Source: a virus. Taken from it: DNA of 19,283 nucleotides. The DNA lies in UHGV virus genome UHGV-1601451. The stretch is one strand, 5' to 3'. The position numbers and the translations under genes were made by a program. Below, one piece after another: positions 1 to 7,775 of this stretch. Position 1 is the first letter of the stretch, and each line of letters begins with the position of its first letter. Below the pieces are notes generated by a model, which did no database searches, had not been told where the DNA came from, and saw only the letters and a list, made by a program, of their open reading frames with translations.

Positions 1-209
1 TCAATCGATTCAGAGATCTCTAACGCATCATCGACTTCAATGCCCAGATAACGGAATGTGCTTTCCAGTTTCTTATGACCCAACAGAAGTTGAATCACCC
101 GAAGATTCTTGGTCAGCGGACAATAGGTGCAACGCCATATTGAACCCTTAAGACTAAAGTGGACCGATATAGTAAGCGTTACACTGGCCCATTGCCAGCA
201 TCGAAATGC
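1..209 (-). pseudogene. tyrosine recombinase (phage-integrase family) C-terminal fragment; N-terminal part missing; 3' end runs off window start
   Basis: Minus-strand frame is open from 209 down to position 1, bounded upstream by an in-frame TAG at 210-212, with no long minus-strand ORF in 212-447. Translation ...PLTKNLRVIQLLLGHKKLESTFRYLGIEVDDALEISESI has the LLGH-x(6)-T-x-RY box-II pattern around the catalytic Tyr of tyrosine recombinases. Only about 70 codons are present. Confidence 0.5.
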
Positions 210-393
210 CTAAGCTACGAAAACTCTTTGACGGACATAATGTTCCTCATGTTTGCCACATGTCTCCGATTGAGCACAACTATAGTCTGCTGATGAGACT
301 AATTATGGCACTGAGCAGACCTGCTCGCTAGGCGAGATCCGCTGTGAGCGAATTGCAGAGGTCTCGAATATGCTTGATCATAATGCTTGAAGA

Positions 394-399
394 TATAAT
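394..399 (+). promoter_or_regulatory. candidate sigma70 -10 hexamer (TATAAT) upstream of the AT-rich cargo gene; -35 element poor
   Basis: Perfect TATAAT at 394-399 in an AT-rich tract about 90 bp upstream of the 487 start. No good TTGACA at 16-18 bp spacing. Speculative. Confidence 0.25.
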
Positions 400-486
400 T
401 GGTATGAGCCTGAAAATTTATTTTTAAAGAATTATTAAATACTGCCGATGTTAATAATTACACTAAAAAAAAGGAGCATGAAATTT

Positions 487-984
487 ATGTTAAATTTAGA
501 CGAAATGTGCAGCGCATTAAGAAAACAATACTCTATAACGGCTGGTCAAGATGGTGAGAAATATGCTAGTAGATGGCTGGAAAAATCCAAGTGGAAATTT
601 GAACATGTTGAGCAAGGAATAAATACCTTATCTGCAAACTTGAAATCGTATGGGAGGAAACGCCCCGATTTTATTATTGACATTGACGAATCCTCTTATA
701 TTCTTTTAGATGCGAAGTATCACTCAACAGATGGGTGTACCTCCTTTACACTTACTGATTGTGAAATAGGAAAATATAGAGCACTTCAGCAATTCTTAAA
801 AAATGTGTATAGTGATTGTACTTTCGAAGTAGTCTTTATGGTGTTTCCGAAAGAAAAAAATGGTGACGAATTTACATTTGTGAGTCTAGATGAGTTTGAT
901 AAAGGAGAGTGTACGACTCTAGCATCAAAAGATGCAACGAAAATTAGTCTACTCTATCGAGATGACTTATGGTTTAAAAGTTGA
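487..984 (+). CDS. small PD-(D/E)xK nuclease-like protein (restriction-endonuclease / NERD-like core), AT-rich cargo gene
   Basis: ORF in track as 448..984. Start at 487 preferred because AGGAG (472-476) lies 10 nt upstream; the ATG at 478 is only 1 nt from the SD and 448 has no SD. Translation has an acidic helix (GEKYASRWLEK) followed by RPDFIIDID...SSYILLDAKYH, i.e. a D ... D-x-K arrangement with nuclease-like spacing. Codon composition is much more AT-rich than the flanking phage genes. Opposite strand to the late operon. Confidence 0.7.
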   Translation: MLNLDEMCSALRKQYSITAGQDGEKYASRWLEKSKWKFEHVEQGINTLSANLKSYGRKRPDFIIDIDESSYILLDAKYHSTDGCTSFTLTDCEIGKYRALQQFLKNVYSDCTFEVVFMVFPKEKNGDEFTFVSLDEFDKGECTTLASKDATKISLLYRDDLWFKS

Positions 985-1326
985 TTAATAAAAAACAATT
1001 GGCTTTCACCATTTTTAATTACTTTTCCCAGCATGCCGAAAATGTCTCATTTATTTGAATGATTGTATCTTTAATAGATATATCGCGACTATTCCTAAAC
1101 TTATTTCTAGTTGTTAACAAAACTGTGTGCTATGAATGTCTGCTGTTGGCACATAGCAGTTCTAGAGACAGTGGCGTAAAGTCATGGAGAATCGGTGGAA
1201 GGAGGTGCAAACCCTCTCATACAAAAATGCGTAAAATCAGTAACGGCTGGAAATCATTCAATACTCGCACTATCAAAAGTTCACCAGCCAACCGCGACAC
1301 CTCCTGCATACGACATGTCTGCGGTT

Positions 1327-1881
1327 TTATATAACCCTGGCTGGAAACCTCTTATACAAAGTTGACACACCAACATCATAGATAATAGCCACCTTCTGGC
1401 GAGGAACGCCTGATGCAATTAATCGCCCGGCCTGCGCCCATTGTTCTGGTGTAAGTTTGAGACGACGTCCACCAATTCGTCCCTGTGCGCGAGCAGCTTC
1501 CAGTCCAGCTTTTGTTCGTTCAACAATCAGTTCTCGTTCCATTTCAGCCAGGGCACCCATCACATGAAAGAAAAAACGCCCCATCGGTGTGCTGGTATCA
1601 ATAGCATCCGTCAGGCTGCGAAAATTAACGCCACGTTCGCGCAACTCCTCAACCAGAATGACCAGATGCCGCATACTACGCCCCAGCCGATCCAGCTTCC
1701 AGACAACCAGAGTGTCACCTGCCGATAATGTCCTGAGCAGTTTTTTCAGTCCCGGCCTTTCGGACTTTGTGCCGCTTATCTTGTCTTCAAAAATCAGCTC
1801 GCATCCTGCACAGTTCAGCGCATTACGTTGTAGATCTGTGTTCTGGTCATTTGTTGACACACGTACATAGCCAATAAGCAT
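1327..1881 (-). CDS. pin: DNA invertase, serine recombinase of the Gin/Pin/Hin/Cin family
   Basis: Translation from the ATG at 1881, MLIGYVRVSTNDQNTDLQRNAL...VVWKLDRLGRSM...MGRFFFHVMGALAEMERELIVERT...GRIGGR, matches the resolvase/invertase catalytic domain (active-site Ser in RVSTNDQ) plus a C-terminal HTH. AGGGAG SD 7 nt upstream of 1881. The 12-codon extension in the track ORF (to 1917) is not supported. Confidence 0.93.
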   Translation of the reverse strand: MLIGYVRVSTNDQNTDLQRNALNCAGCELIFEDKISGTKSERPGLKKLLRTLSAGDTLVVWKLDRLGRSMRHLVILVEELRERGVNFRSLTDAIDTSTPMGRFFFHVMGALAEMERELIVERTKAGLEAARAQGRIGGRRLKLTPEQWAQAGRLIASGVPRQKVAIIYDVGVSTLYKRFPARVI

Positions 1882-1935
1882 GGTAGATCTCCCTGACAAA
1901 AGCAGGAATGATGCCATTTGCTCGTTATTTCTGCA

Positions 1936-1961
1936 TTTTCATAAACGTTGGTTTGGGAGAA
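1936..1961. repeat. gix/hix-like 26-bp recombination crossover site (right site), between invertase start and invertible segment
   Basis: TTTTCATAAACG-TT-GGTTTGGGAGAA: two 12-bp half-sites around a 2-bp core. The inner half-site is a perfect inverted repeat of the inner half-site at 3797-3808. The core TT is the reverse complement of the AA core at 3809-3810. Confidence 0.8.
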
Positions 1962-2300
1962 GCGGCCAAATTGCCTGCGATTAGTGGCTCTTTATCATCA
2001 TCTGGCTGGATAAAAATCCCTGTTATAGAGGGGAAGTCTTTTATTATCCAATGGGGAAGAATCGGACCTTCTGATAGTAAAACTGGTGTTGCAACAGGAA
2101 GTTATCCTATTGCTTTTCCAAATTCTGCATTTATGGCATTTATTGCTGAAAAAACCGCAGTATCCACAGGCCCAATAGGTATTAATTCCTGGGGAGTATC
2201 CGAACTAACAAAAACAGAATTAAAGGCCATTTGTGCTGCAAGGACTATATCAACTTCAGCCGCAACTGAAACAGGTGATTTTCTGGTACTGGGATATTGA
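1950..2300 (+). CDS. alternative tail-fibre C-terminal variable part (Sv'-like), no own start; expressed only after inversion as a fusion to the constant N-terminal part
   Basis: The frame is open through the right crossover site. GGT TTG GGA GAA (GLGE) at 1950-1961 is in frame with the downstream ORF ...AAKLPAISGSL...IIQWGRIG...LVLGY, stop at 2298-2300. The same GLGE codons occur in the minus-strand fibre gene at the left site, so inversion gives an in-frame fusion. Confidence 0.75.
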   Translation, partial: GLGEAAKLPAISGSLSSSGWIKIPVIEGKSFIIQWGRIGPSDSKTGVATGSYPIAFPNSAFMAFIAEKTAVSTGPIGINSWGVSELTKTELKAICAARTISTSAATETGDFLVLGY

Positions 2301-2320
2301 GCTTCCATAAGGATTATAAA

Positions 2321-2770
2321 ATGTCGAGCATAATATACTACAGCTCTATAAATAATGCATTTTACCCTGAGCATTTGAAACAAGAATATATTAAATCTAA
2401 TTCTTTTCCAGCAGATGCAAAACCCGTTAAATATTCTGTTTTCGAAGAATTTGCACTTAAACCAGCACCAGAAGGAAAATACAGGTGCGTTGGTGAAGAT
2501 GGAATGCCATCATGGGCAGATATTCCACCACCAACACATGAGGAACAGATTGCCGCAGCCGAATTGAAAAAGCAGCAATTGATTAACCAGGTCAACGAAT
2601 ACATGAACAGTAAACAATGGCCCGGTAAAGCGGCTATTGGTCGTCTGAAAGGTGAGGAACTGGCGCAATATAATCTGTGGCTGGATTACCTGGACGCACT
2701 GGAAATGGTCGATACTTCCAGTGCTCCAGATATTGAATGGCCTACGCCTCCGGCAGTTCAGGCCAGATGA
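2321..2770 (+). CDS. tail fibre assembly protein (Tfa/U'-like), cognate to the alternative fibre tip
   Basis: MSSIIYYSSINNAFYPEH...DTSSAPDIEWPTPPA has a typical Tfa N-terminus and the conserved C-terminal D-T-S-x-A-P-D-x-x-W-P motif. AAGGA SD 7 nt upstream of the ATG at 2321. The track ORF begins at a TTG at 2297. Confidence 0.8.
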   Translation: MSSIIYYSSINNAFYPEHLKQEYIKSNSFPADAKPVKYSVFEEFALKPAPEGKYRCVGEDGMPSWADIPPPTHEEQIAAAELKKQQLINQVNEYMNSKQWPGKAAIGRLKGEELAQYNLWLDYLDALEMVDTSSAPDIEWPTPPAVQAR

Positions 2771-3344
2771 CATCTGGCGCGGTGCTGGTATCAGTTGCCG
2801 TCACCGCGTCAATGTAATCCAGCACAGCGTTAAGGCGGGTTGTTTCTGTCTGCGTCAGTTTACGTCCGGCCTGCAATTTCAGTTGAATCAGACTGATGGA
2901 AGCCATAGCAGCATCAATCAGATACTGGCGCTGTGCTTCTGCCGCTTCTACTGCGGCGCTATGCTGTGCCTCAGTATCCGTCACCCATTTCTCACCATCC
3001 CATTTATCGTATGGCGTTAATGGGGCGATAGTGGTTGTATTATCAGGGTAATCACCCGGAGCTGTGATTTCTTTTGATTCTCCTGTTTCGGTGCTAAAGA
3101 CGATTTCACCGCGATGGTCTGGCACATATTCCCATGAGTTAAAATCTGCAGAACGGCAGATTGCATAACCAGCTTTGTATGCGCCTGGAGCATCTAAACA
3201 GGAACATGCCGGAATGCCGACACCAACGGCAAGATATTCAGTTGATATGGAAATATATTCCCGTGTTTCACCATCATAATTATAGACAGTAATATTCCCC
3301 GCCTTCGTGGCAATAAACTCGCTATTTAATACAGCGCTATCCAT
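2742..3344 (-). CDS. tail fibre assembly protein (Tfa/U-like), cognate to the currently expressed fibre tip
   Basis: 200 aa ending ...LDYIDAVTATDTSTAPDVIWPELPEA, the conserved Tfa C-terminal motif. Start ATG overlaps the fibre stop (TAATG). Its 3' end overlaps the convergent Tfa' gene by 29 nt. Confidence 0.85.
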   Translation of the reverse strand: MDSAVLNSEFIATKAGNITVYNYDGETREYISISTEYLAVGVGIPACSCLDAPGAYKAGYAICRSADFNSWEYVPDHRGEIVFSTETGESKEITAPGDYPDNTTTIAPLTPYDKWDGEKWVTDTEAQHSAAVEAAEAQRQYLIDAAMASISLIQLKLQAGRKLTQTETTRLNAVLDYIDAVTATDTSTAPDVIWPELPEA

Positions 3345-4099
3345 TATGCAGCCCTCACAATGTAGTTAAATGCGATGTTGCGTGGACGGACACCGAAATA
3401 AGAAGTAACACCATTCATTGTCAAATTTCCAGAGCCAAAAGCGGTAAAACCAGAACCAGCATTAACTGCCGAATCCGCGTTTCTGACAAAGTTTTTGGGA
3501 GGTGAACCGGAGACACCAGCCGAAATATCATCAGCATTACCGCCATTGCCGTGGTGGTTAGTTATCTTTGTTTCCGCCTGCGCCGTCAACAAACCTCGTC
3601 CAGAGTCAACCCCGCGCCCGTCATCCCAGCCGCGAATAAACTCACCACGTAAATCAGGCAATTTATTTGTCGGATAAGCCTTTGCCAGTTCCGGGTATTC
3701 TTCAGCAGAAAAAGCCGCGCCGTTGCATTTCAGCCAGCCTGTTGGCGGAGTGGCGGAAGGCCATGGAACAGGGACACCAACGGGTAATGCAGAGCCTTCT
3801 CCCAAACCAAGGTTTTCGAGAGCCGTTTTCACCGTGCCATCCGATTTGATATCACCAAACGGATTCTTGCGGCTTAACAGCAGCGCACGAAGCGCGGTAA
3901 GCAGCTGGTCGTGCCGCGCCTTCTCCAGGCTGGCACCGGATGCCTCCACAACACTGCAAAGTTCCTCCTGCAACATGTCAAAGTAGTCATCATCCAGATC
4001 GGTGGCAGGTGTGCCGTTCTGGGGGTTACCACGGGTAAAACCGTTCTTACCCGCGCCGAACTTATCCTTCTGCGCGGTTTTCGTATCTATACGATGCAT
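3344..4099 (-). CDS. tail fibre protein: constant N-terminal part fused to variable tip carrying a phage tail-collar domain
   Basis: 251 aa. GGAG SD 6 nt upstream of the ATG at 4099. The tip downstream of the crossover site has PVGVPVPWP...[24 protein letters not shown]...[12 protein letters not shown], matching the tail-collar fibre domain signature. Crossover site lies inside the gene at 3797-3822. Confidence 0.9.
   Translation of the reverse strand: MHRIDTKTAQKDKFGAGKNGFTRGNPQNGTPATDLDDDYFDMLQEELCSVVEASGASLEKARHDQLLTALRALLLSRKNPFGDIKSDGTVKTALENLGLGEGSALPVGVPVPWPSATPPTGWLKCNGAAFSAEEYPELAKAYPTNKLPDLRGEFIRGWDDGRGVDSGRGLLTAQAETKITNHHGNGGNADDISAGVSGSPPKNFVRNADSAVNAGSGFTAFGSGNLTMNGVTSYFGVRPRNIAFNYIVRAA
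3797..3822. repeat. gix/hix-like 26-bp recombination crossover site (left site), inside the tail-fibre gene
   Basis: TTCTCCCAAACC-AA-GGTTTTCGAGAG. Near-palindromic 12-bp half-sites resembling the TTnnnnnAAACC half-site of Gin/Hin systems. 15 bp are identical to the inverted right site. Confidence 0.8.
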
Positions 4100-4102
4100 G
4101 GA

Positions 4103-4687
4103 TTACTCCGGATATTTAAAAATTACGTAGGTATGCGACGGGCAGAGTTTGTTAAGCACACACTCGACAACGGTGTCGCCCCAGATACGCAGTGCGGAAT
4201 CACAGGGATCGCCACATGTCATCCAGGTGGTGTTGGTGGCGGCTGGCATGTTGACCTGCCAGTAATACCGCCATTCCGGCGCATTCACCGCGTCAGTACA
4301 GGCCGATGAGCAGGTGAACGTGCTTTTGTCGTATCGCGTGATGGTGGCGTCTGGTCTGCCCAGGGCAGCAAGCTGTGCAAGGTAAAAATCCTCATTGATG
4401 CCGCCCGCCAGGTTAACCTTCGCATCCAGTCGTTGCTGACGCTGGCGAAGGGTCTGTGTCCCTGCGGGAATACATTCATCCGGCAGGCCGCACAGACGCT
4501 CCCAGCGATTTATCAGTTCGGTGGTGGTGCGCGGATCCAGCTCCCGCATCAGGGCATCCGCACGCTGATGAACGCGGGTTAATGACGGTGCCGCACCGGC
4601 AATCGCCGGATCGCTGGCTGACCACGCCGGACCGGGGGGCAACAGTGCCGACAACAGATGGATGTAATCATCGTTTGTCACGTCCAT
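4103..4687 (-). CDS. tail/baseplate protein, YmfQ / Mu gp48-like (DUF2313 family)
   Basis: 194 aa, immediately upstream of the tail fibre and downstream of the baseplate J-like gene, as in Mu and e14. Recognised by position and overall resemblance. Confidence 0.7.
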   Translation of the reverse strand: MDVTNDDYIHLLSALLPPGPAWSASDPAIAGAAPSLTRVHQRADALMRELDPRTTTELINRWERLCGLPDECIPAGTQTLRQRQQRLDAKVNLAGGINEDFYLAQLAALGRPDATITRYDKSTFTCSSACTDAVNAPEWRYYWQVNMPAATNTTWMTCGDPCDSALRIWGDTVVECVLNKLCPSHTYVIFKYPE

Positions 4688-5736
4688 GAAATCGTCCCCA
4701 GTACCGCCAGTTCATTTTTTGCAATGGAGATATTGTCCGCCGGTGCAAGCAACTGATGGCTGTATTCCCCGTTCGCACCGGAAATCGCCTCACTGATACG
4801 CGACACCTTCAGTTCACCCTGCGGATAACCATCACGCAGCAGGAACGAACGCAACTCGGCGGTGATGGCAGCCCGTATTTCCGGTGTGTCCGGCGTCACG
4901 CGGATATGAAAATCCACTTTATGCGCCACCGGCCTGAATACATACAAATCAGAGCCTGCCACCGGGGCCAGTGGCTCAATGTGTTGTCTTGCCGCCGTTT
5001 CCGTTGATTCTTCCGGAATGGGATTAATCAGGTCACTGCTGGCAATCATCACACCGACAGTCCCCGTTCCCATCCAGTGGCGGTATGTCCATGCACGGGT
5101 AATGCCTGGCACTTCTTTAGCCCAGACAACATAGTCCCCGTCAGCCCCGCCCTGAGGCGTCCAGTAATACCGCTCAATGACGCGGGCGCGCCACGTTTCC
5201 AGCTCTTCAGTATCAAATCCACCTGTCAGAGTGTCTGCCACGCCGGAAGACGGCAGACCATTCACCGGCGTGACCAGGATTAATGACGTACCGTCGTCAG
5301 CATTACCGACCGCTCCTGCACTTGAGCAGGCGATCGGCACGCGCAGGACACCACCGGAGCTGGTTGCATCGGCAGTTGCCGTGTACTGAACCAGGTCATC
5401 GCGCTGAATAACACTCCCGGCGGTCACCTTCAGGCCATCGCTGACACCTTCCCAGCGCATATACCCGCTGGCAGCCGTGGCCCCCTTGCGCGGACACCGT
5501 TTCATCGCAGCATGTCGCGCCAGCCAGGACTCATCGCACAGGTCAGGCAGCATGTTCATTGCCAGATAATCGATGTAACCGTAAACCGTATGCAGCGCCG
5601 CCGCATACACCTTTGCCCGCACGTCTTCATCCATGCGCCGGAGCGTATCGCTGACGTCCAGCCTGGCGAATAAATCGTTACGGAGCATACTGATATTTTC
5701 TGCCAGCGTCGGGCGCTGAAATTCACTGTCCGCCAT
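4678..5736 (-). CDS. baseplate J-like protein (Mu gp47-like)
   Basis: 352 aa in the conserved position between the W-like and gp48-like genes. Small overlap with both neighbours, typical of a tightly packed tail operon. Confidence 0.8.
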   Translation of the reverse strand: MADSEFQRPTLAENISMLRNDLFARLDVSDTLRRMDEDVRAKVYAAALHTVYGYIDYLAMNMLPDLCDESWLARHAAMKRCPRKGATAASGYMRWEGVSDGLKVTAGSVIQRDDLVQYTATADATSSGGVLRVPIACSSAGAVGNADDGTSLILVTPVNGLPSSGVADTLTGGFDTEELETWRARVIERYYWTPQGGADGDYVVWAKEVPGITRAWTYRHWMGTGTVGVMIASSDLINPIPEESTETAARQHIEPLAPVAGSDLYVFRPVAHKVDFHIRVTPDTPEIRAAITAELRSFLLRDGYPQGELKVSRISEAISGANGEYSHQLLAPADNISIAKNELAVLGTISWT

Positions 5737-6151
5737 GCGTTATCGCACTCCACAGATCATCAAAAGAAATCATTACCGGTCCGTCACGACGCCAGAGAGT
5801 GATACTGTTACCCAGTTCATTAATCCCGGTGCGGCGGATATCCAGATCAATACGGGACACCACACCGTCATCAATCATCCATTGCAGGCATTCGCGGATA
5901 TACCCCCTTACCGTCTGCACCAGCTGATTGGTCAGTTTGCCGCGCTGAAGCAGCCACAGCCGGGAGCCGTAACGGTCATTCTGTACCGCAGGCCAGGTAT
6001 CCCCCCACCATCCCATCGGGACGTCGGCATTGTCATCAGGCTCCGCCCGCCGCCAGGTGAACAGGGAAATCACCACGGCGCGGGTCAGCGGATCCAGCGG
6101 TGCGCTGGCGCAGGTGCGTTTACCGTTCACCGTCAGCCACAGTTCCATCAT
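5723..6151 (-). CDS. baseplate protein, Mu gp46 / GP46-family (W-like)
   Basis: 142 aa, positioned between the spike and J-like genes. Overlapping starts and stops with neighbours. Confidence 0.7.
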   Translation of the reverse strand: MMELWLTVNGKRTCASAPLDPLTRAVVISLFTWRRAEPDDNADVPMGWWGDTWPAVQNDRYGSRLWLLQRGKLTNQLVQTVRGYIRECLQWMIDDGVVSRIDLDIRRTGINELGNSITLWRRDGPVMISFDDLWSAITHGGQ

Positions 6152-6696
6152 GCCTCCATCGCTTTATCCGGTTTGTCGGTGTTACTGCCCTGACCGTTCT
6201 CTCTGTGACGATGGCCGTTATAGGCAAGCCGCATCGCTGACATGGTGGTGCCGCCGGAGTCGCACAGGTCTTTCACCTGTCCGGTCACTTCCAGGTCCAT
6301 TTCAAAACGTGCTCTGGGCGCATTGCGAAACGTGATCGTTTTACCTGCACCGTCCACCACGATCCCCTCCCGGGTCAGCGTCACAGACTGCCCCTGATCG
6401 TCATAGACAGCCACCTCCCCCGTCTGCAGCCCTTTCAGGCGGTAGCGCCGGTCCGACACCGTAACAACCACCGCATGAGAACGGTCGCCATCCGGAAACA
6501 ACACCACCGCTTCCGCACCGCTGTTTGCCCTTGCGGTAAAACCGTAGGGTTCAAGATGTTCAACCCCGGCTTTGGGTTCACCGGCAATCAGGGACACATC
6601 CACGGTCTGACATTTCGTGGCGGCACTGATGCTTTTCACCACTGCCCGCCCAATCAGGCCGAGAAGTTGTCGCTGCATGGCTTCAATCGTCCTCAT
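6148..6696 (-). CDS. baseplate assembly protein V-like (central spike), Mu gp45-like
   Basis: 182 aa, N-terminal OB-fold-like region followed by a Gly-rich C-terminus. Start overlaps the hub gene stop. Confidence 0.75.
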   Translation of the reverse strand: MRTIEAMQRQLLGLIGRAVVKSISAATKCQTVDVSLIAGEPKAGVEHLEPYGFTARANSGAEAVVLFPDGDRSHAVVVTVSDRRYRLKGLQTGEVAVYDDQGQSVTLTREGIVVDGAGKTITFRNAPRARFEMDLEVTGQVKDLCDSGGTTMSAMRLAYNGHRHRENGQGSNTDKPDKAMEA

Positions 6697-7775
6697 CAGA
6701 ACGGGTCCTCCTGTACTCTGGCTTTTTTCTTTTTCCGCGCGCCGGGGTCTTCAGGTTCAGGCAGATAAGCATCAGGCGGGCCGACACGGATTTCCGTCAG
6801 GGTGCCGTTCTGGTCCTGAGTAAACGTGACTTCCGAAACAAGCAGTTCGGTATTGTCAAAACCACAGACCGGATCAAAGACAATCACCCGCTGGTTGGGT
6901 TGCCACAGCGTACCGTTACCCTGTCGCCAGCCCTGCACCACATAGGTGGTTTCATCCGTCCGCGCCGCCCGTTGCCGGGCTTCAAAGTCAGCACGCGCAA
7001 TACAGCCTGCCCCCGTAGCCTGCCCTGTCTGCCTGATATACATCGGACGGTAACGGGCAATAAATGCGTCCTCTGTGCGGGCCCGCAGCGCGGTGGTGGT
7101 GGCCTCACCGAAATCATCGTCGTTTCCGGCACGCTGCCCCGCCACCTGGTAAACAGAAAACCGCTCCCGGATACTCTTCTCCGTATCGCAGGAAAGGATG
7201 TTTTCCCCAAGTACCAGCGCGGTATGTGCCCGCGTTGAGCCAATACCACCAATCACCAGCCTGCCGTGCGGGTCGTCGTAAGCCAGCGCCTGCTGCTGAC
7301 CGAGTATTTTGTTGATCACCTCGATCACCGTTTCACCGTGATCAGGCTGGACATCAGGAATAACACCCGACGGCGCACCGCTGTTCACCACCTCAATGCC
7401 GAAAGGCGCAGCAAGCGCCTGCGCAATCTGTACCAGCGATCGTCCGTTAAACTGTGTCGGTTCGGCTGCACAGTCAATCAGGTCAGCGGTCAGACTACGT
7501 CCGGCAATACCGGTGCTGACCGAACGGGCATCGTAACGAACGGGCGTCGCCTCCACCCAGCCGGTGATCACCAGCTCATCACCAATCAGCACCTCCACTT
7601 TTGAACCGTTTTTAATGCGCGACTGAAGCGTGGTAATACCCTCATCTCCCGGCCACTGGCGGGTGATCTCCACACTGAAATCCCGCGCCAGTCGTTCAAC
7701 ACCGGCACCGATGCGCACCGATGTCCAGCCATTCCACTCCCGGCCATTTACCCGTAGCGTGACGTTATCGTTCAT
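6696..7775 (-). CDS. baseplate hub protein, phage late control D-like (Mu gp44/P-like)
   Basis: 359 aa starting MNDNVTLRVNGREWNGWTSVRIG..., typical of the GPD family. ATGA overlap with the upstream DNA circulation gene. Confidence 0.85.
   Translation of the reverse strand: MNDNVTLRVNGREWNGWTSVRIGAGVERLARDFSVEITRQWPGDEGITTLQSRIKNGSKVEVLIGDELVITGWVEATPVRYDARSVSTGIAGRSLTADLIDCAAEPTQFNGRSLVQIAQALAAPFGIEVVNSGAPSGVIPDVQPDHGETVIEVINKILGQQQALAYDDPHGRLVIGGIGSTRAHTALVLGENILSCDTEKSIRERFSVYQVAGQRAGNDDDFGEATTTALRARTEDAFIARYRPMYIRQTGQATGAGCIARADFEARQRAARTDETTYVVQGWRQGNGTLWQPNQRVIVFDPVCGFDNTELLVSEVTFTQDQNGTLTEIRVGPPDAYLPEPEDPGARKKKKARVQEDPF

Larger units (their letters stand above)
1948..3810. mobile_element. 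site-specific invertible tail-fibre segment (Mu G-segment / e14 P-segment type), core to core
   Basis: Bounded by inverted gix-like sites. Contains a fibre tip plus chaperone on the minus strand and a second, unrelated tip plus chaperone on the plus strand. Adjacent serine invertase gene. Confidence 0.85.

Noticed and set aside
448-486. Upstream starts (ATG 448, ATG 478) for the cargo gene
   Set aside because: 448 has no SD and 478 is only 1 nt from the AGGAG. 487 has canonical spacing. Left open as a possibility, but 487 is preferred.
1059-1334. 91-aa plus-strand ORF in the convergent intergenic region between the cargo gene and the invertase
   Set aside because: No SD at a sensible distance, low-complexity translation, and its 3' part runs antisense across the invertase stop. 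More likely non-coding AT-rich spacer than a gene; several imperfect palindromes there are too weak to call terminators.
1441-1870. Plus-strand ORFs 1441..1728 and 1589..1870 inside the invertase gene
   Set aside because: Antisense to a well-supported conserved gene; low-complexity, Ser/Arg-rich translations.
1882-1917. 12-codon N-terminal extension of the invertase ORF (MASFLLLSGRST) in the ORF track
   Set aside because: Serine invertases of this family begin MLIGYVRVST with the catalytic Ser near residue 10. The ATG at 1881 has a good SD; the extension would run into the promoter and crossover-site region.
1908-1949. ATG at 1908 as an independent start for the alternative fibre-tip ORF
   Set aside because: It lies upstream of the crossover core in the invertase promoter region. 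A standalone 130-aa tip without the constant N-terminal part is unlikely to be functional; the ORF is read as a silent cassette.
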